Assembly: GCA_938086785.1 (NCBI GenBank)
Contig: CALKCM010000003.1
Coordinates: 155,104-219,103, forward strand
DNA from: an uncultured Bacteroidia bacterium
GTDB taxonomy: Bacteria > Bacteroidota > Bacteroidia > NS11-12g > UBA955
DNA length: 64,000 nucleotides
Reading direction: 5' to 3'
The first letter of the stretch is position 1, and the number at the start of each line of letters is the position of its first letter. Positions 9,236 to 18,914 of this stretch are shown here, piece by piece. The notes below the pieces were generated by a model that did no database searches, had not been told where the DNA came from, and saw only the letters and a list, made by a program, of their open reading frames with translations. Position numbers and translations under genes: made by a program.

Positions 9236-11527
9236 ATGAGAGGCATAATCTTAATTACCTGCATTTTATTTCATTGTTTGTTCAGTGGACTTCAAGCACA
9301 AAATGGAGAAATAAAAGGTTTTGTATATGATAGTAAAAATGGTGAGCGTTTGGCAGGGGTTAAAATGACCTTGCTCGGTAACAATCGATCGATGTTTACG
9401 GATAAAGATGGGTTCTTCAGTTTTCCTCAATTAGCTTCTAAAAAATATGAAATCCTAGCGGAGTATTTGGGGTATGATACAACTTCTATGGAAGCATATA
9501 TTTCAAACAATAAAGTAATTAAACAAGATTTTTATTTGGAAAACCAATACCTCGATGCAGTAAAGATTGAAATAAAAAAGAGGGTTCAAATTGATGGTAG
9601 CCCAGTGCGCATCGTGGATGGTAAGAAAATTGCAGAAATGCCATCGGTTGGTTCAGAACCTGATTTAGTTCAGTATCTTCAGACCTTACCCGGTGTTGTT
9701 TTTAGCGGAGATCAAGGCGGGCAGTTATATATTAGAGGAGGTTCTCCTGTAATGAATAAGATTATGTTGGACGGTTTGCCTATCTACAACCCGTTTCACT
9801 CTATTGGTCTTTTTTCAGTGTTTGATGTAGACCTCATTAAAGATGCAGAAGTGTATACTTCGGGCTTTGGTGCAGAGCATGGAGGCAGAATAGGAGCGGT
9901 AATTGATGTGCATACGAGAGATGGAAATACCACTAATTTTGGAGGTAAAGTATCGGCCAGCACATTCGCAAGCAAGGTGCTGTTGGAAGGCCCCTTAAAG
10001 AAATTTAGCAAAGGGGAGTCTAATTCGTCTTTTGCTATTTCCTATAGAAATTCATACCTAAGAAATTCATCCAAGGTTTTTTATCCTTTTATTAACGAAC
10101 GTAAACTTCCTTATAATTTCGGGGACTTGTTTGCTAAGTTAACGCTGAACTCAAATAGTGGCGGTTACTTTAAGTTATTTGGTTTTAGATTTGGCGATAA
10201 TGTTAAATTTCCCGGCAGCACTCAATACAATTGGAAAAATGTTGGTTTGGGAGGACGGTTCTTACTTGTACCACAATACAGTAAAACTCAAATGGATGGG
10301 TTCTTCATGTACAGCAAGTATCAAATTAATCAGATTGAATTGGATAATTTGCCGCGCCGAAGTGGAATTGGTGGAATCAGTTTCGGGTTAAACTTCGCTT
10401 ATAACTTGAAAAAGGATAAAATTAGATGGGGTTTAGATGTAAATGGATTTCAAACAGATTTTAGTTTCTACAATCCAAACGACAGACGAGTAGAGCAAAA
10501 AGAAAGTACCACAGAACTCAATGGCTTTGCCAAGTATAACTTTAGAAGAAAACATTTCCTTGCTGAACTTGGAGTTAGAGGTCAATACTATGCAAGTCTT
10601 GGGAATAGCTCCATAGAGCCCAGAATTAATTTTAGCTGGAGGCCAAAGGCACGTATCAATATTTATGGAGCATTTGGCTATTACTCACAAAACTTGCTTA
10701 GTGCAGTGAGTGATAGAGATGTTGTTAATTTATTTTATGGTTTTTTAAGCGGTCCAGATAATCTTCCCAATACTTTCAATAATAAACCGGTAAATCATCG
10801 TTTGCAGAAGAGTCGTCATATAACGGGTGGTGTAGAATACTTGATTGGAAGAAAATTCGTGATTCGTTCAGAAGCTTTTTATAAGTTTTTTGACCAATTA
10901 ACCAATATAAATAGGGATAAACTGTTTGATGATGTGCCCGTTCACAATGACAAGCCGGAGCGGCTTAGAGAGGATTTTATTATTGAAAATGGAAATGCAT
11001 ATGGGACAGATGTTGCCTTAACCTATACTTCTAAGAAACTTTCTGGCTCCTTAAATTACAGTTTGACTTATGTAAATAGATTTGATGGAGTGCAGGAGTA
11101 TCAACCTATATTTGATCGAAGACACAACGGCAATATCATGTTAAATTATTCTCTAGGAAAGGGGAATTATCCTGTGAAGTTTGGCTTGAGATGGAGCATT
11201 GGAAGCGGTTTCCCATTTACGCAGACCCTTGGGTTTTATGAAAAATTTAATTTTGATAAAGGGATTGATGCTAATTACGCCAACTCTAATGGTAATTTAG
11301 GCATCCTTTATGACGACCTGAACGGTGGTAGACTCCCTTATTATCACAGGTTAGATTTCTCAGTGAGTAAAGATTTTGTTTTTAAACAACGACGGAAGAT
11401 TAATGTAAACTTTAGTATTACTAATATTTATGATCGTGAGAATATATTCTACTTTGATCGCGTCAATTTTACCAGAGAGAATCAGCTGCCTTTTTTACCC
11501 TCCATTGGTTTAAGCTATAAATTTTAG
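9236..11527 (+). CDS. TonB-dependent outer-membrane receptor with N-terminal carboxypeptidase-regulatory-like domain
   Basis: Signal peptide MRGIILITCILFHCLFSGLQAQ, a CarboxypepD_reg-like segment (GEIKGFVYDSKNGERLAGV), a plug region (GQLYIRGG) and a barrel ending in LSYKF. Start set at ATG 9236 rather than the longer ORF start at 9110. Confidence 0.85.
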   Translation: MRGIILITCILFHCLFSGLQAQNGEIKGFVYDSKNGERLAGVKMTLLGNNRSMFTDKDGFFSFPQLASKKYEILAEYLGYDTTSMEAYISNNKVIKQDFYLENQYLDAVKIEIKKRVQIDGSPVRIVDGKKIAEMPSVGSEPDLVQYLQTLPGVVFSGDQGGQLYIRGGSPVMNKIMLDGLPIYNPFHSIGLFSVFDVDLIKDAEVYTSGFGAEHGGRIGAVIDVHTRDGNTTNFGGKVSASTFASKVLLEGPLKKFSKGESNSSFAISYRNSYLRNSSKVFYPFINERKLPYNFGDLFAKLTLNSNSGGYFKLFGFRFGDNVKFPGSTQYNWKNVGLGGRFLLVPQYSKTQMDGFFMYSKYQINQIELDNLPRRSGIGGISFGLNFAYNLKKDKIRWGLDVNGFQTDFSFYNPNDRRVEQKESTTELNGFAKYNFRRKHFLAELGVRGQYYASLGNSSIEPRINFSWRPKARINIYGAFGYYSQNLLSAVSDRDVVNLFYGFLSGPDNLPNTFNNKPVNHRLQKSRHITGGVEYLIGRKFVIRSEAFYKFFDQLTNINRDKLFDDVPVHNDKPERLREDFIIENGNAYGTDVALTYTSKKLSGSLNYSLTYVNRFDGVQEYQPIFDRRHNGNIMLNYSLGKGNYPVKFGLRWSIGSGFPFTQTLGFYEKFNFDKGIDANYANSNGNLGILYDDLNGGRLPYYHRLDFSVSKDFVFKQRRKINVNFSITNIYDRENIFYFDRVNFTRENQLPFLPSIGLSYKF

Positions 11528-11581
11528 ATATGGAACCCTTAATTTCAAATATACAAAGGCTATACCCTTGTTACTTGTAAT

Positions 11582-13153
11582 TTAACTTAAATACTCCCAG
11601 AGCAATTCATTTCCAGAGCTAAAAATTTCTATAATTTGTTTTCTAGAGCCTATATGTAATGCATTGCATGAGTAGGAGAGTCCGTGTTGTTTTGCCAAGT
11701 ATTTGCAGCTTAAAAGATGTGGTGTTTGGATAAATTGTGCCATTTCTGGCATTTTCTTAGGCCCATCGATAAGGTTGAAAATATTCCCACCTCCGTTATT
11801 AAGTACTATTACCTGAAGGTTTAGAGGCTTTGGATTGCACCAAAAGGCATTGGAGTCGTACAAGAAACTTAAATCGCCTACAACGCAAGCTACCTTTTCA
11901 TTTGAATTGGATAGGGCATATCCTACTGCAGTAGATACGCAACCGTCTATTCCACTGGTTCCTCTGTTGCAAAAGACCTTCATCGCAGATTTAGGCAGTA
12001 AGCCTGCCAATCGAATTGGCGTGGAATTACCAATATGTAAAGCATCAAAATGACTGGCATAAATGGATTGAATACTACGTAATTCAACACTTAAATTTTG
12101 AGCTTCTTTAATTTTATATGAATTAGTCTGGAGTTTACTTATCCACGTTTGATTAAATGTTTTTTCATTTTTGTGTGTGGTAAGATATTCCAATATTTGG
12201 TCATTGGTATCGAATCTAATTGATTGAATATCAGTTTTAAATGGATTACCTACATACTGGTTAGTATGTACATGATAATGCATAATATTTGAATTTATTT
12301 GAATAAATTGTTTAAAACGTTTATTTACAAAATTCTTACCCAAAGTAATTAAAACATCAGGCACAGGTAATTTTTTTAAGCTTTGTGTATTCAGCTCCCA
12401 GCCATTAAGATTATCTATGATGCTATTTGAGGTTGCTTCTGTAAGTATAGGAAATTGATTTCTTAGTTTATTTAGATTTAAGATTCTTGACTCGCTGGGT
12501 TTGAGTTCACCAACAAATAAAACAATATTTGCATTGATGGGAATGGCTTGTGGAGTAGCCATTGATTTTCTTTCCAAAAAATGATCAAAGGATATGGAAT
12601 CTCCTTGCCATGCAGCATTTATTCCTTCGTAAATTGGATCGGCCAAGGGTATATTTACATGAATAGGTCCTTTATCCTGACTATTTATATCTACATGAAT
12701 TTGCTTGAGGAGTTTTTTTATTTCCCCTAAAGTCTTGCTTTGGTGCATATCGCCCTCCAGGGAGTGGGATGCTTTAATGTGTTGAGCAAATATATCATTT
12801 TGTCGAATGGTTTGTCCATCCCATTGATCAATTAGCTCTTTAGGTCTGTCTGCAGATAGCACGAGAAGCGGAATTTGGGCATAAAAGGCTTCACATATCG
12901 CGGGATAATAGTTTAACAGAGCTGTTCCTGATGTACATATGATACCGGTTGGTGTTTCAGCTATGTTGGCACCAAGCCCCATAAAGGCTGCGGAACGTTC
13001 ATCGGTTTGGCTTATTAATTTAAAGCCGCCTCTTTTTATAAATGAGGCTACTATAGGAGCATTTCTGCTTCCTGGTGAAACAATCCATTGCCGAATACCC
13101 ATTTGGTAAAATCCTTCAATAAGACTGTCAATATTTTTGCGAATATCTGCCAC
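11582..13153 (-). CDS. menD: 2-succinyl-5-enolpyruvyl-6-hydroxy-3-cyclohexene-1-carboxylate (SEPHCHC) synthase MenD
   Basis: ThDP-enzyme layout with GSRNAP near the N-terminus and GDLSFLYDSNA in the C-terminal ThDP-binding region. The GTG start overlaps the upstream stop by 1 nt (TAGTG). Confidence 0.85.
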   Translation of the reverse strand: MADIRKNIDSLIEGFYQMGIRQWIVSPGSRNAPIVASFIKRGGFKLISQTDERSAAFMGLGANIAETPTGIICTSGTALLNYYPAICEAFYAQIPLLVLSADRPKELIDQWDGQTIRQNDIFAQHIKASHSLEGDMHQSKTLGEIKKLLKQIHVDINSQDKGPIHVNIPLADPIYEGINAAWQGDSISFDHFLERKSMATPQAIPINANIVLFVGELKPSESRILNLNKLRNQFPILTEATSNSIIDNLNGWELNTQSLKKLPVPDVLITLGKNFVNKRFKQFIQINSNIMHYHVHTNQYVGNPFKTDIQSIRFDTNDQILEYLTTHKNEKTFNQTWISKLQTNSYKIKEAQNLSVELRSIQSIYASHFDALHIGNSTPIRLAGLLPKSAMKVFCNRGTSGIDGCVSTAVGYALSNSNEKVACVVGDLSFLYDSNAFWCNPKPLNLQVIVLNNGGGNIFNLIDGPKKMPEMAQFIQTPHLLSCKYLAKQHGLSYSCNALHIGSRKQIIEIFSSGNELLWEYLS

Positions 13154-13785
13154 TAAAAAAATGGATTGCTTGTTTTTTCTGATCCTATATCTGTTTCTGC
13201 TCCATGCCCAGAGAATATGGTATACTCATTGGGCAGCGTAAATAATTCGGATTTTATGCTGCTTATAAGCAGTTCATGATTTCCAAATGCTAAGTCTGTT
13301 CTTCCAATGCTGCCCTTAAATAACGTATCCCCGGCAATAATAGTTTTGCTTGCATGGTTTATGAATACAACATGGCCTGGCGCGTGGCCTGGTACAAATC
13401 GAATCTCTAAATCTGAATTGCCAAAGTTAAAGCCTGCATTAATGTTCATTTCTTTAGGCTCTACAAAGCTTGGGTTATAGGGCAAACCATACATTTGTGC
13501 CGTTTTTTCGGCATTGTTATAAATCACTAAATCTTCTGGATGAAGGTAAACATTCACAGGATATTTATCTGTAATGGATTTTAGACCCATGATGTGATCG
13601 ATGTGCGCATGGGTCAGAAGGATGCAATTGAGAATGAGATTTTCTTCATTGATAAAATCAATAATGGCCTTGTCTTCTGCTTGGTTCGAATTGCCGGGAT
13701 CAACCAAAACTGCTTCTTTGGAATCGTCGTATAGTAAATACGTGTTTTCCATAAAAGGGTTTAGACTCCATTTTTTTATTTTCAT
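13153..13785 (-). CDS. MBL-fold metallo-hydrolase (glyoxalase II / YcbL-like)
   Basis: THAHIDH metal motif, followed by downstream GHAPGH and a C-terminal SGHG. Confidence 0.85.
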   Translation of the reverse strand: MKIKKWSLNPFMENTYLLYDDSKEAVLVDPGNSNQAEDKAIIDFINEENLILNCILLTHAHIDHIMGLKSITDKYPVNVYLHPEDLVIYNNAEKTAQMYGLPYNPSFVEPKEMNINAGFNFGNSDLEIRFVPGHAPGHVVFINHASKTIIAGDTLFKGSIGRTDLAFGNHELLISSIKSELFTLPNEYTIFSGHGAETDIGSEKTSNPFF

Positions 13786-13888
13786 TCTAAGTGCAAATTA
13801 AAACAGAAAGAGCGATCTACGTTTAGTTTTTTGGAATACCGAATAAATTGTGGAACTCTTAAATGAAAACTATACGATCTTTGCAATA

Positions 13889-16132
13889 ATGGTGGTTTTA
13901 GATAGTCCTACGTATGCTCCTTATAAAGATAAGCTTCAGGAAAAGTATGACTATTTGTTAAGCTTGTTACACGATCGTGGAAAAAGCAAGCTTAAGAAGG
14001 TGGCGAAGGCTTTTGAAATGGCTGCCAATGCTCATGATGGAGTTAAACGCAAGAGTGGAGAACCTTATCTGTTCCATCCTTTAGAAGTAGCTATTATAGC
14101 GGTTGAAGTGCTCGGTTTAGGAAGCACAAGCGCAATTTGTTCCTTGTTGCATGACACGGTGGAGGATACTGAACTTACCTTGGAGGAGATTGAAACGGCT
14201 TTTGATCCAAAAATCAAGAATATTGTCGATGGACTTACAAAAATTTCTACGGTATTTGATACGGTTGAAAAGAATATAAGTATTCAGGCTGAGAACTTTA
14301 AGAAAATGCTTCTTACGCTAGGGGAAGATCTTAGGGTCATTTTAATTAAGTTATGTGATCGACTTCACAATATGCGAACCATTCATGCAGTATCGCAAAA
14401 AACACGTTTAAAAATCGCATCGGAGACCTTATATATTTATGCTCCCTTAGCTCATCGTTTGGGTCTAAATGTAGTAAAGTCAGAGCTTGAAGATTTATCT
14501 TTAGAGGTAACAGATCCATTGCTTTACATTGAGATTAAGACAAAATTAGAGGCGCAGAAACAGGATCGGGAGGATTATCTTAAGAGGTTTATTAAGCCCT
14601 TAAATGAGGAGCTTAATGCGTCTCAACTATCTGTATTTGATATCCAAAGTCGTACAAAAACGGTCTTTAGTATTGCGCAAAAAATGCGTAAACAGGGCAT
14701 TCCCTTTGAGGAGGTATACGATTTGTTTGCTATTCGAGTGATACTTGAGAGCCCCTTAAATCTCGAGAAAAACGATTGTTGGAGAGTATATGCAATTATA
14801 TCGCAGCAATACACTTCCAATCAAAGTCGCTTGCGTGACTGGCTTAGTAAGCCTAAGAGCAATGGATATGAGGCTTTGCATACCACTATTATAGGTCCAG
14901 ACAATAAGTATATTGAGGTTCAAATACGTAGCAAAAGAATGGATGATGTAGCCGAAAGAGGTGTTGCTGCTCATTGGAGATATAAATCTAAAGAGGGAGA
15001 ATTAAAGCCTAATGCGCAGGATATGGCTTTTGATCATTGGATGGCTCAAGTAAAGGAAACCATAAATAATAAAGACTTAAGCGCCATTGAATTAATCAAT
15101 GAGTTTAGATTTGGAATTTTAGCCGAAGATATCTTCATTTTTACACCAAAAGGGGAAGTAAAACGATTGTCAAAAGAAAGTACGGCCCTTGATTTTGCTT
15201 TTGCTATCCATACGGACGTGGGATACACGACTATTGGGGCTAAGGTGAATGGGAAATTAGTTCCAATTGGTACAGAACTAAGCAATAGTGATATTGTGGA
15301 GATCCTGACCACTTCTAAAAACAGGGTGAATTTAGACTGGCTTAAGATTGTTAAAACAGGGAAGGCTAGAAATAAGATAAAAGAATACCTTAACTCTCAA
15401 AAAAATGCGTTTAGTGCAGAAGGAAAAGAAATATTACAACGAAAATTTAAGTCGGCGAAACGTGCCTTCAATAATAGAAATGTAGAGCATTTTATAAAGT
15501 TTCACGGGTTTACTGTCCCCAATGATTTTTATCATGCCTTGGCCATGGGTGCCGTTAAACAAGAAAAGTTAAAGGTGGCTGCTTTTTTTAAAGGAAACCC
15601 AATTGAAAAGGTAAAAAAACAGCCGAAAAAAGGAGAGAGTAAGAGTTCATTTCCTTCAAAAAATAAGCTGAGTAGCGCTATTGTAGTGGGAGATGAGTAT
15701 GAGGTAGAATATGCCATGGCGGCATGTTGTAGTCCGGTTCCAGGAGATCAAATTTTTGGTTTTATTACAGTGAATGATGGAATTAAAATTCACCGAAGCA
15801 ATTGTTTAAATGCCACAAATTTAATGAGTGAATATGGCTATAGAATTGTTCATTGTAACTGGCGAGATAAGAGCTATGATCAATCGTTCATTAGTGAATT
15901 GATGGTAAATGGAATTGATGATGTGGGAATTGTGAGTAGTATTACCGATATCATTTCGAAAGATTTGGGTGTAAATATGCGCAGCATAAATATTAGAGCA
16001 GGATCTGAGGGGACTTTTGAGGGTGTGGTAGAGGTTATGGTCAAAAATCTATTTACCTTGGAAAAGCTAATTTCTACCATCCAAAATAAACATCAATATA
16101 TACAGGTAAAACGTTTAGATACTCTTAACTAA
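13889..16132 (+). CDS. relA: Bifunctional (p)ppGpp synthetase/hydrolase, RelA/SpoT (Rsh) family
   Basis: HD hydrolase domain (HPLEVA..LLHDTVEDT), synthetase domain, TGS domain and C-terminal ACT-like domain. First ATG is at 13889. The ORF also opens at GTG 13850. Confidence 0.93.
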   Translation: MVVLDSPTYAPYKDKLQEKYDYLLSLLHDRGKSKLKKVAKAFEMAANAHDGVKRKSGEPYLFHPLEVAIIAVEVLGLGSTSAICSLLHDTVEDTELTLEEIETAFDPKIKNIVDGLTKISTVFDTVEKNISIQAENFKKMLLTLGEDLRVILIKLCDRLHNMRTIHAVSQKTRLKIASETLYIYAPLAHRLGLNVVKSELEDLSLEVTDPLLYIEIKTKLEAQKQDREDYLKRFIKPLNEELNASQLSVFDIQSRTKTVFSIAQKMRKQGIPFEEVYDLFAIRVILESPLNLEKNDCWRVYAIISQQYTSNQSRLRDWLSKPKSNGYEALHTTIIGPDNKYIEVQIRSKRMDDVAERGVAAHWRYKSKEGELKPNAQDMAFDHWMAQVKETINNKDLSAIELINEFRFGILAEDIFIFTPKGEVKRLSKESTALDFAFAIHTDVGYTTIGAKVNGKLVPIGTELSNSDIVEILTTSKNRVNLDWLKIVKTGKARNKIKEYLNSQKNAFSAEGKEILQRKFKSAKRAFNNRNVEHFIKFHGFTVPNDFYHALAMGAVKQEKLKVAAFFKGNPIEKVKKQPKKGESKSSFPSKNKLSSAIVVGDEYEVEYAMAACCSPVPGDQIFGFITVNDGIKIHRSNCLNATNLMSEYGYRIVHCNWRDKSYDQSFISELMVNGIDDVGIVSSITDIISKDLGVNMRSINIRAGSEGTFEGVVEVMVKNLFTLEKLISTIQNKHQYIQVKRLDTLN

Positions 16133-17226
16133 AAGGGTTTTCCATGAGATTTACGAATCATCCATTTAGCGATAAACGGAAAGAGATGAGCTAATTGAAT
16201 AAATGCACTCATAATGAACGTTCTTCCAAAAATGTATTGAACAAAACGACCCAGTTTTATTCTTTGATTGAATTCCTTCTTCCACTGGATGGGGTATTGT
16301 GTTTTATTGTTTATTTGAGAGGCCAATAGGGCACTATGCATAGCCATACTCATCCCATTTCCACACAAGGGGGCAATAAGCCCAGCGGCATCTCCAAGCA
16401 TAAGAGCCTGGTTTTCACTTTTTGACTTATTTTGGAAGCTTATTTGTGAGATGGCTAAAGGCTGATCAAAAACAAACTGAGATTGGGTAAAAACATCTTT
16501 GATGAATGGATTCTTGTAGAGAAAGAGTTCCTCTGATTCCCGAACCGTTCTATTTTTGAGATTTTCGCTTCGCATAAGATAACAAATGCAAAAGGTATCG
16601 TTTTCAACCTTGCTCATTCCACAGTATCCATTTTTAAAGGTATGGAGGGATATCAAGTCTTTTTTCAATAGTTGAGATTTTACATGATATTTTATACCGA
16701 CCCAATTGGTTAACCTGCTTTTCTCATTTGAATAAAAGGGACGTTCCAGACTGTTATCTAACAGACTTCTTTTCCCCCATGCACCTATAACTTCTTTGGT
16801 GAGGTAGATGTTATTTTTTGTTCTTACTTCGTACAGATATTTATCTTTAGCGAAGGACAGTACGGTGTCTTTTAACCATTGACTGCCTGTATTTAAGCTC
16901 GCTTTTTTTAATTCGCTATCCATGAGGTATCGACTAATTCCAAAGCCTCCAAGCTCTAAGGGTAGGTCAATTGCTTTACCAGTTGGCTTACTTAATTGGA
17001 ACTGGTTTATTCTTGGAAGGTCAAAAGAATCTAAGGGAACTCCTAATCCCTTCATGAAATTATAGCTTTCCATGCTTACATACTCTCCACATACTTTATG
17101 CTTGGGGTATTCGTCTTTTTCAATAACTAATACGCTATATCCCTTTTGACCCATGAGGGTTGAAAAGGTACTGCCTGCAATCCCTCCGCCAATGACGATA
17201 TAGTCAAATACTTGCGATGATAACAT
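16129..17226 (-). CDS. FAD-dependent oxidoreductase / flavoprotein monooxygenase (SrsC/AgqB-like position in cluster)
   Basis: N-terminal DYIVIGGGIAGS dinucleotide-binding motif followed by VLVIEKD, and a later GDAAG motif. Overlaps the methyltransferase gene by 23 nt. Confidence 0.75.
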   Translation of the reverse strand: MLSSQVFDYIVIGGGIAGSTFSTLMGQKGYSVLVIEKDEYPKHKVCGEYVSMESYNFMKGLGVPLDSFDLPRINQFQLSKPTGKAIDLPLELGGFGISRYLMDSELKKASLNTGSQWLKDTVLSFAKDKYLYEVRTKNNIYLTKEVIGAWGKRSLLDNSLERPFYSNEKSRLTNWVGIKYHVKSQLLKKDLISLHTFKNGYCGMSKVENDTFCICYLMRSENLKNRTVRESEELFLYKNPFIKDVFTQSQFVFDQPLAISQISFQNKSKSENQALMLGDAAGLIAPLCGNGMSMAMHSALLASQINNKTQYPIQWKKEFNQRIKLGRFVQYIFGRTFIMSAFIQLAHLFPFIAKWMIRKSHGKPF

Positions 17227-17878
17227 AACGAAACATGGGTTTTTTGATGATGGAATAATTCGTATATCCAGCCACTGCTAACATTTGATTCCATTCGTTG
17301 AAAGAGTGTGCTCGTTTTACTGAAAGAGGAGCGTCATTTTTAAATAAATAGGAGAATGAAGGCCAAAGCTGAACAATATAAATCCCTAACCAAGCCCAGA
17401 AGCTTCTCTGCAAATCGTTGATCACTAAAATGGTTGAGTTTTGGGATGCCCATTTTAAAAAGGCAATATTTTCTTCTGGGTTTAAGTGATGGTTAAAAAG
17501 GGCCGTATGCATAAGTACCTTTTCTTTTGGTATTTGCGACTTTCTATAATCATTTGTGTGAAATTTTAAATTTGGATATTTCTCTGATGCATATTGGGTT
17601 GCTGCATGAGAAGAGTCAATGCCCTGGCCATCTTTTATTTTAAATTTTTTGCACAGTCTTGCAAGAGTATCTCCGCCTCCAGATCCCACATCGATTAGTT
17701 TAGTAATGGATGCCTTTTCGAACGCTTGACTTACGCCAAATGCACTTGCCTTGTATCCTCCGAGGTATTTATTTACCCAGTGCAGTTCCTTATAATTTTT
17801 ATAAAGGTCTTTTGCCGGAATAGTAGGCATATCCATAAGCTCTTTCGCATTATTTCTATGTTCTAAGGATTTAAACAC
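17204..17878 (-). CDS. Class I SAM-dependent methyltransferase
   Basis: SAM motif I LIDVGSGGGD. The GTG start overlaps the PKS stop by 8 nt. Confidence 0.8.
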   Translation of the reverse strand: MFKSLEHRNNAKELMDMPTIPAKDLYKNYKELHWVNKYLGGYKASAFGVSQAFEKASITKLIDVGSGGGDTLARLCKKFKIKDGQGIDSSHAATQYASEKYPNLKFHTNDYRKSQIPKEKVLMHTALFNHHLNPEENIAFLKWASQNSTILVINDLQRSFWAWLGIYIVQLWPSFSYLFKNDAPLSVKRAHSFNEWNQMLAVAGYTNYSIIKKPMFRYVIIASI

Positions 17879-18914
17879 GGGCAGTTATCATACTCTCTAA
17901 ACTTAGACCAGGTCCAAATGCTGCAGAGTAAATGGTTTCATTTTCTTTAGCCTGGGTGATAATTTCTTTTAGAACAAACAATACTGTGGGACTGCTCATG
18001 TTTCCATAAGACTGTAAGGTTTCATAAGAGACCTGTATTTGCTCTTTTTCTAAATGGAGTTCTTTCCCTATGTGATCCAGTATTTTTCGACCTCCGGGAT
18101 GAAATCCGAAATGGTCAATGGTATTTACTCCTATAGTATTTCTCCCATCTTCAATAAATCCTTGAATGGGTTCTGTTAATAAGTCTGGAATATAACTGCT
18201 TAGTTGCATCAGAAACCCATTTTCAGTAATGTTCCAAGACATGTCGCTCTGGCCCTTTAATGCCAATTGGCTATAAAACCCCTTGATGGCTAGTCTGCTT
18301 TGAGATTCTGGCTCTGCAGTAATAATACAGGCTGCAGCACCATCTGAAAATAGGGAGCACGCGGTTACTTGGTCCCAATGAATGTCATTTCGAAAATGCA
18401 ATGTACATAGCTCAACACTTACCACTAGAACCTTGGCCTTAGGCTCTGAGTTCGCAATACTATTTGCCCATTTTAATCCATGCATAGCAGCGTAACACCC
18501 CATAAAATTGATGCTGCTTCGGACTGTGTTTTCATTTAATCCTAAAGATACAATTAAATCAACATCTAAACCGGGTGCATACATTCCCGTACAACTAACT
18601 GTGATGATGTGCGTGATATCATCGAGGGTGTTTCTACCTAAACCTTTTATTGCTTTTAAACAAAGATTTACTGCTTCTTTGCGGTATAGATGCATGCGGT
18701 CTTGAACTCTCATTTGACTGAATCCATTTGTGGTTTCCTGAAAGTCTGAAAGACAGCTATATCTGTAATTTATGCCACTCTTGCCATAAATAAGTGCTAG
18801 CTTTCGATTAAATTCATCCTTTTGTTGATAGGAATTTGACATGAATTCGAGCAGTTCTGTCTGTTTGTATTTATGCGGCGGTAGGGCCGTTGCTATGTTC
18901 GATATATAACTCAA
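17871..18914 (-). CDS. Type III polyketide synthase (chalcone/stilbene synthase superfamily)
   Basis: Cys-His-Asn triad contexts are present: VSCTGMYAPGLD, FGFHPGGRKIL and YGNMSSPTVLFVL. I place the start at a TTG giving MSYISNIATALPPHKY. It overlaps the UbiA stop as TTGA. The long ORF start at 18962 would overlap UbiA by 52 nt. Confidence 0.9.
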   Translation of the reverse strand: MSYISNIATALPPHKYKQTELLEFMSNSYQQKDEFNRKLALIYGKSGINYRYSCLSDFQETTNGFSQMRVQDRMHLYRKEAVNLCLKAIKGLGRNTLDDITHIITVSCTGMYAPGLDVDLIVSLGLNENTVRSSINFMGCYAAMHGLKWANSIANSEPKAKVLVVSVELCTLHFRNDIHWDQVTACSLFSDGAAACIITAEPESQSRLAIKGFYSQLALKGQSDMSWNITENGFLMQLSSYIPDLLTEPIQGFIEDGRNTIGVNTIDHFGFHPGGRKILDHIGKELHLEKEQIQVSYETLQSYGNMSSPTVLFVLKEIITQAKENETIYSAAFGPGLSLESMITARV

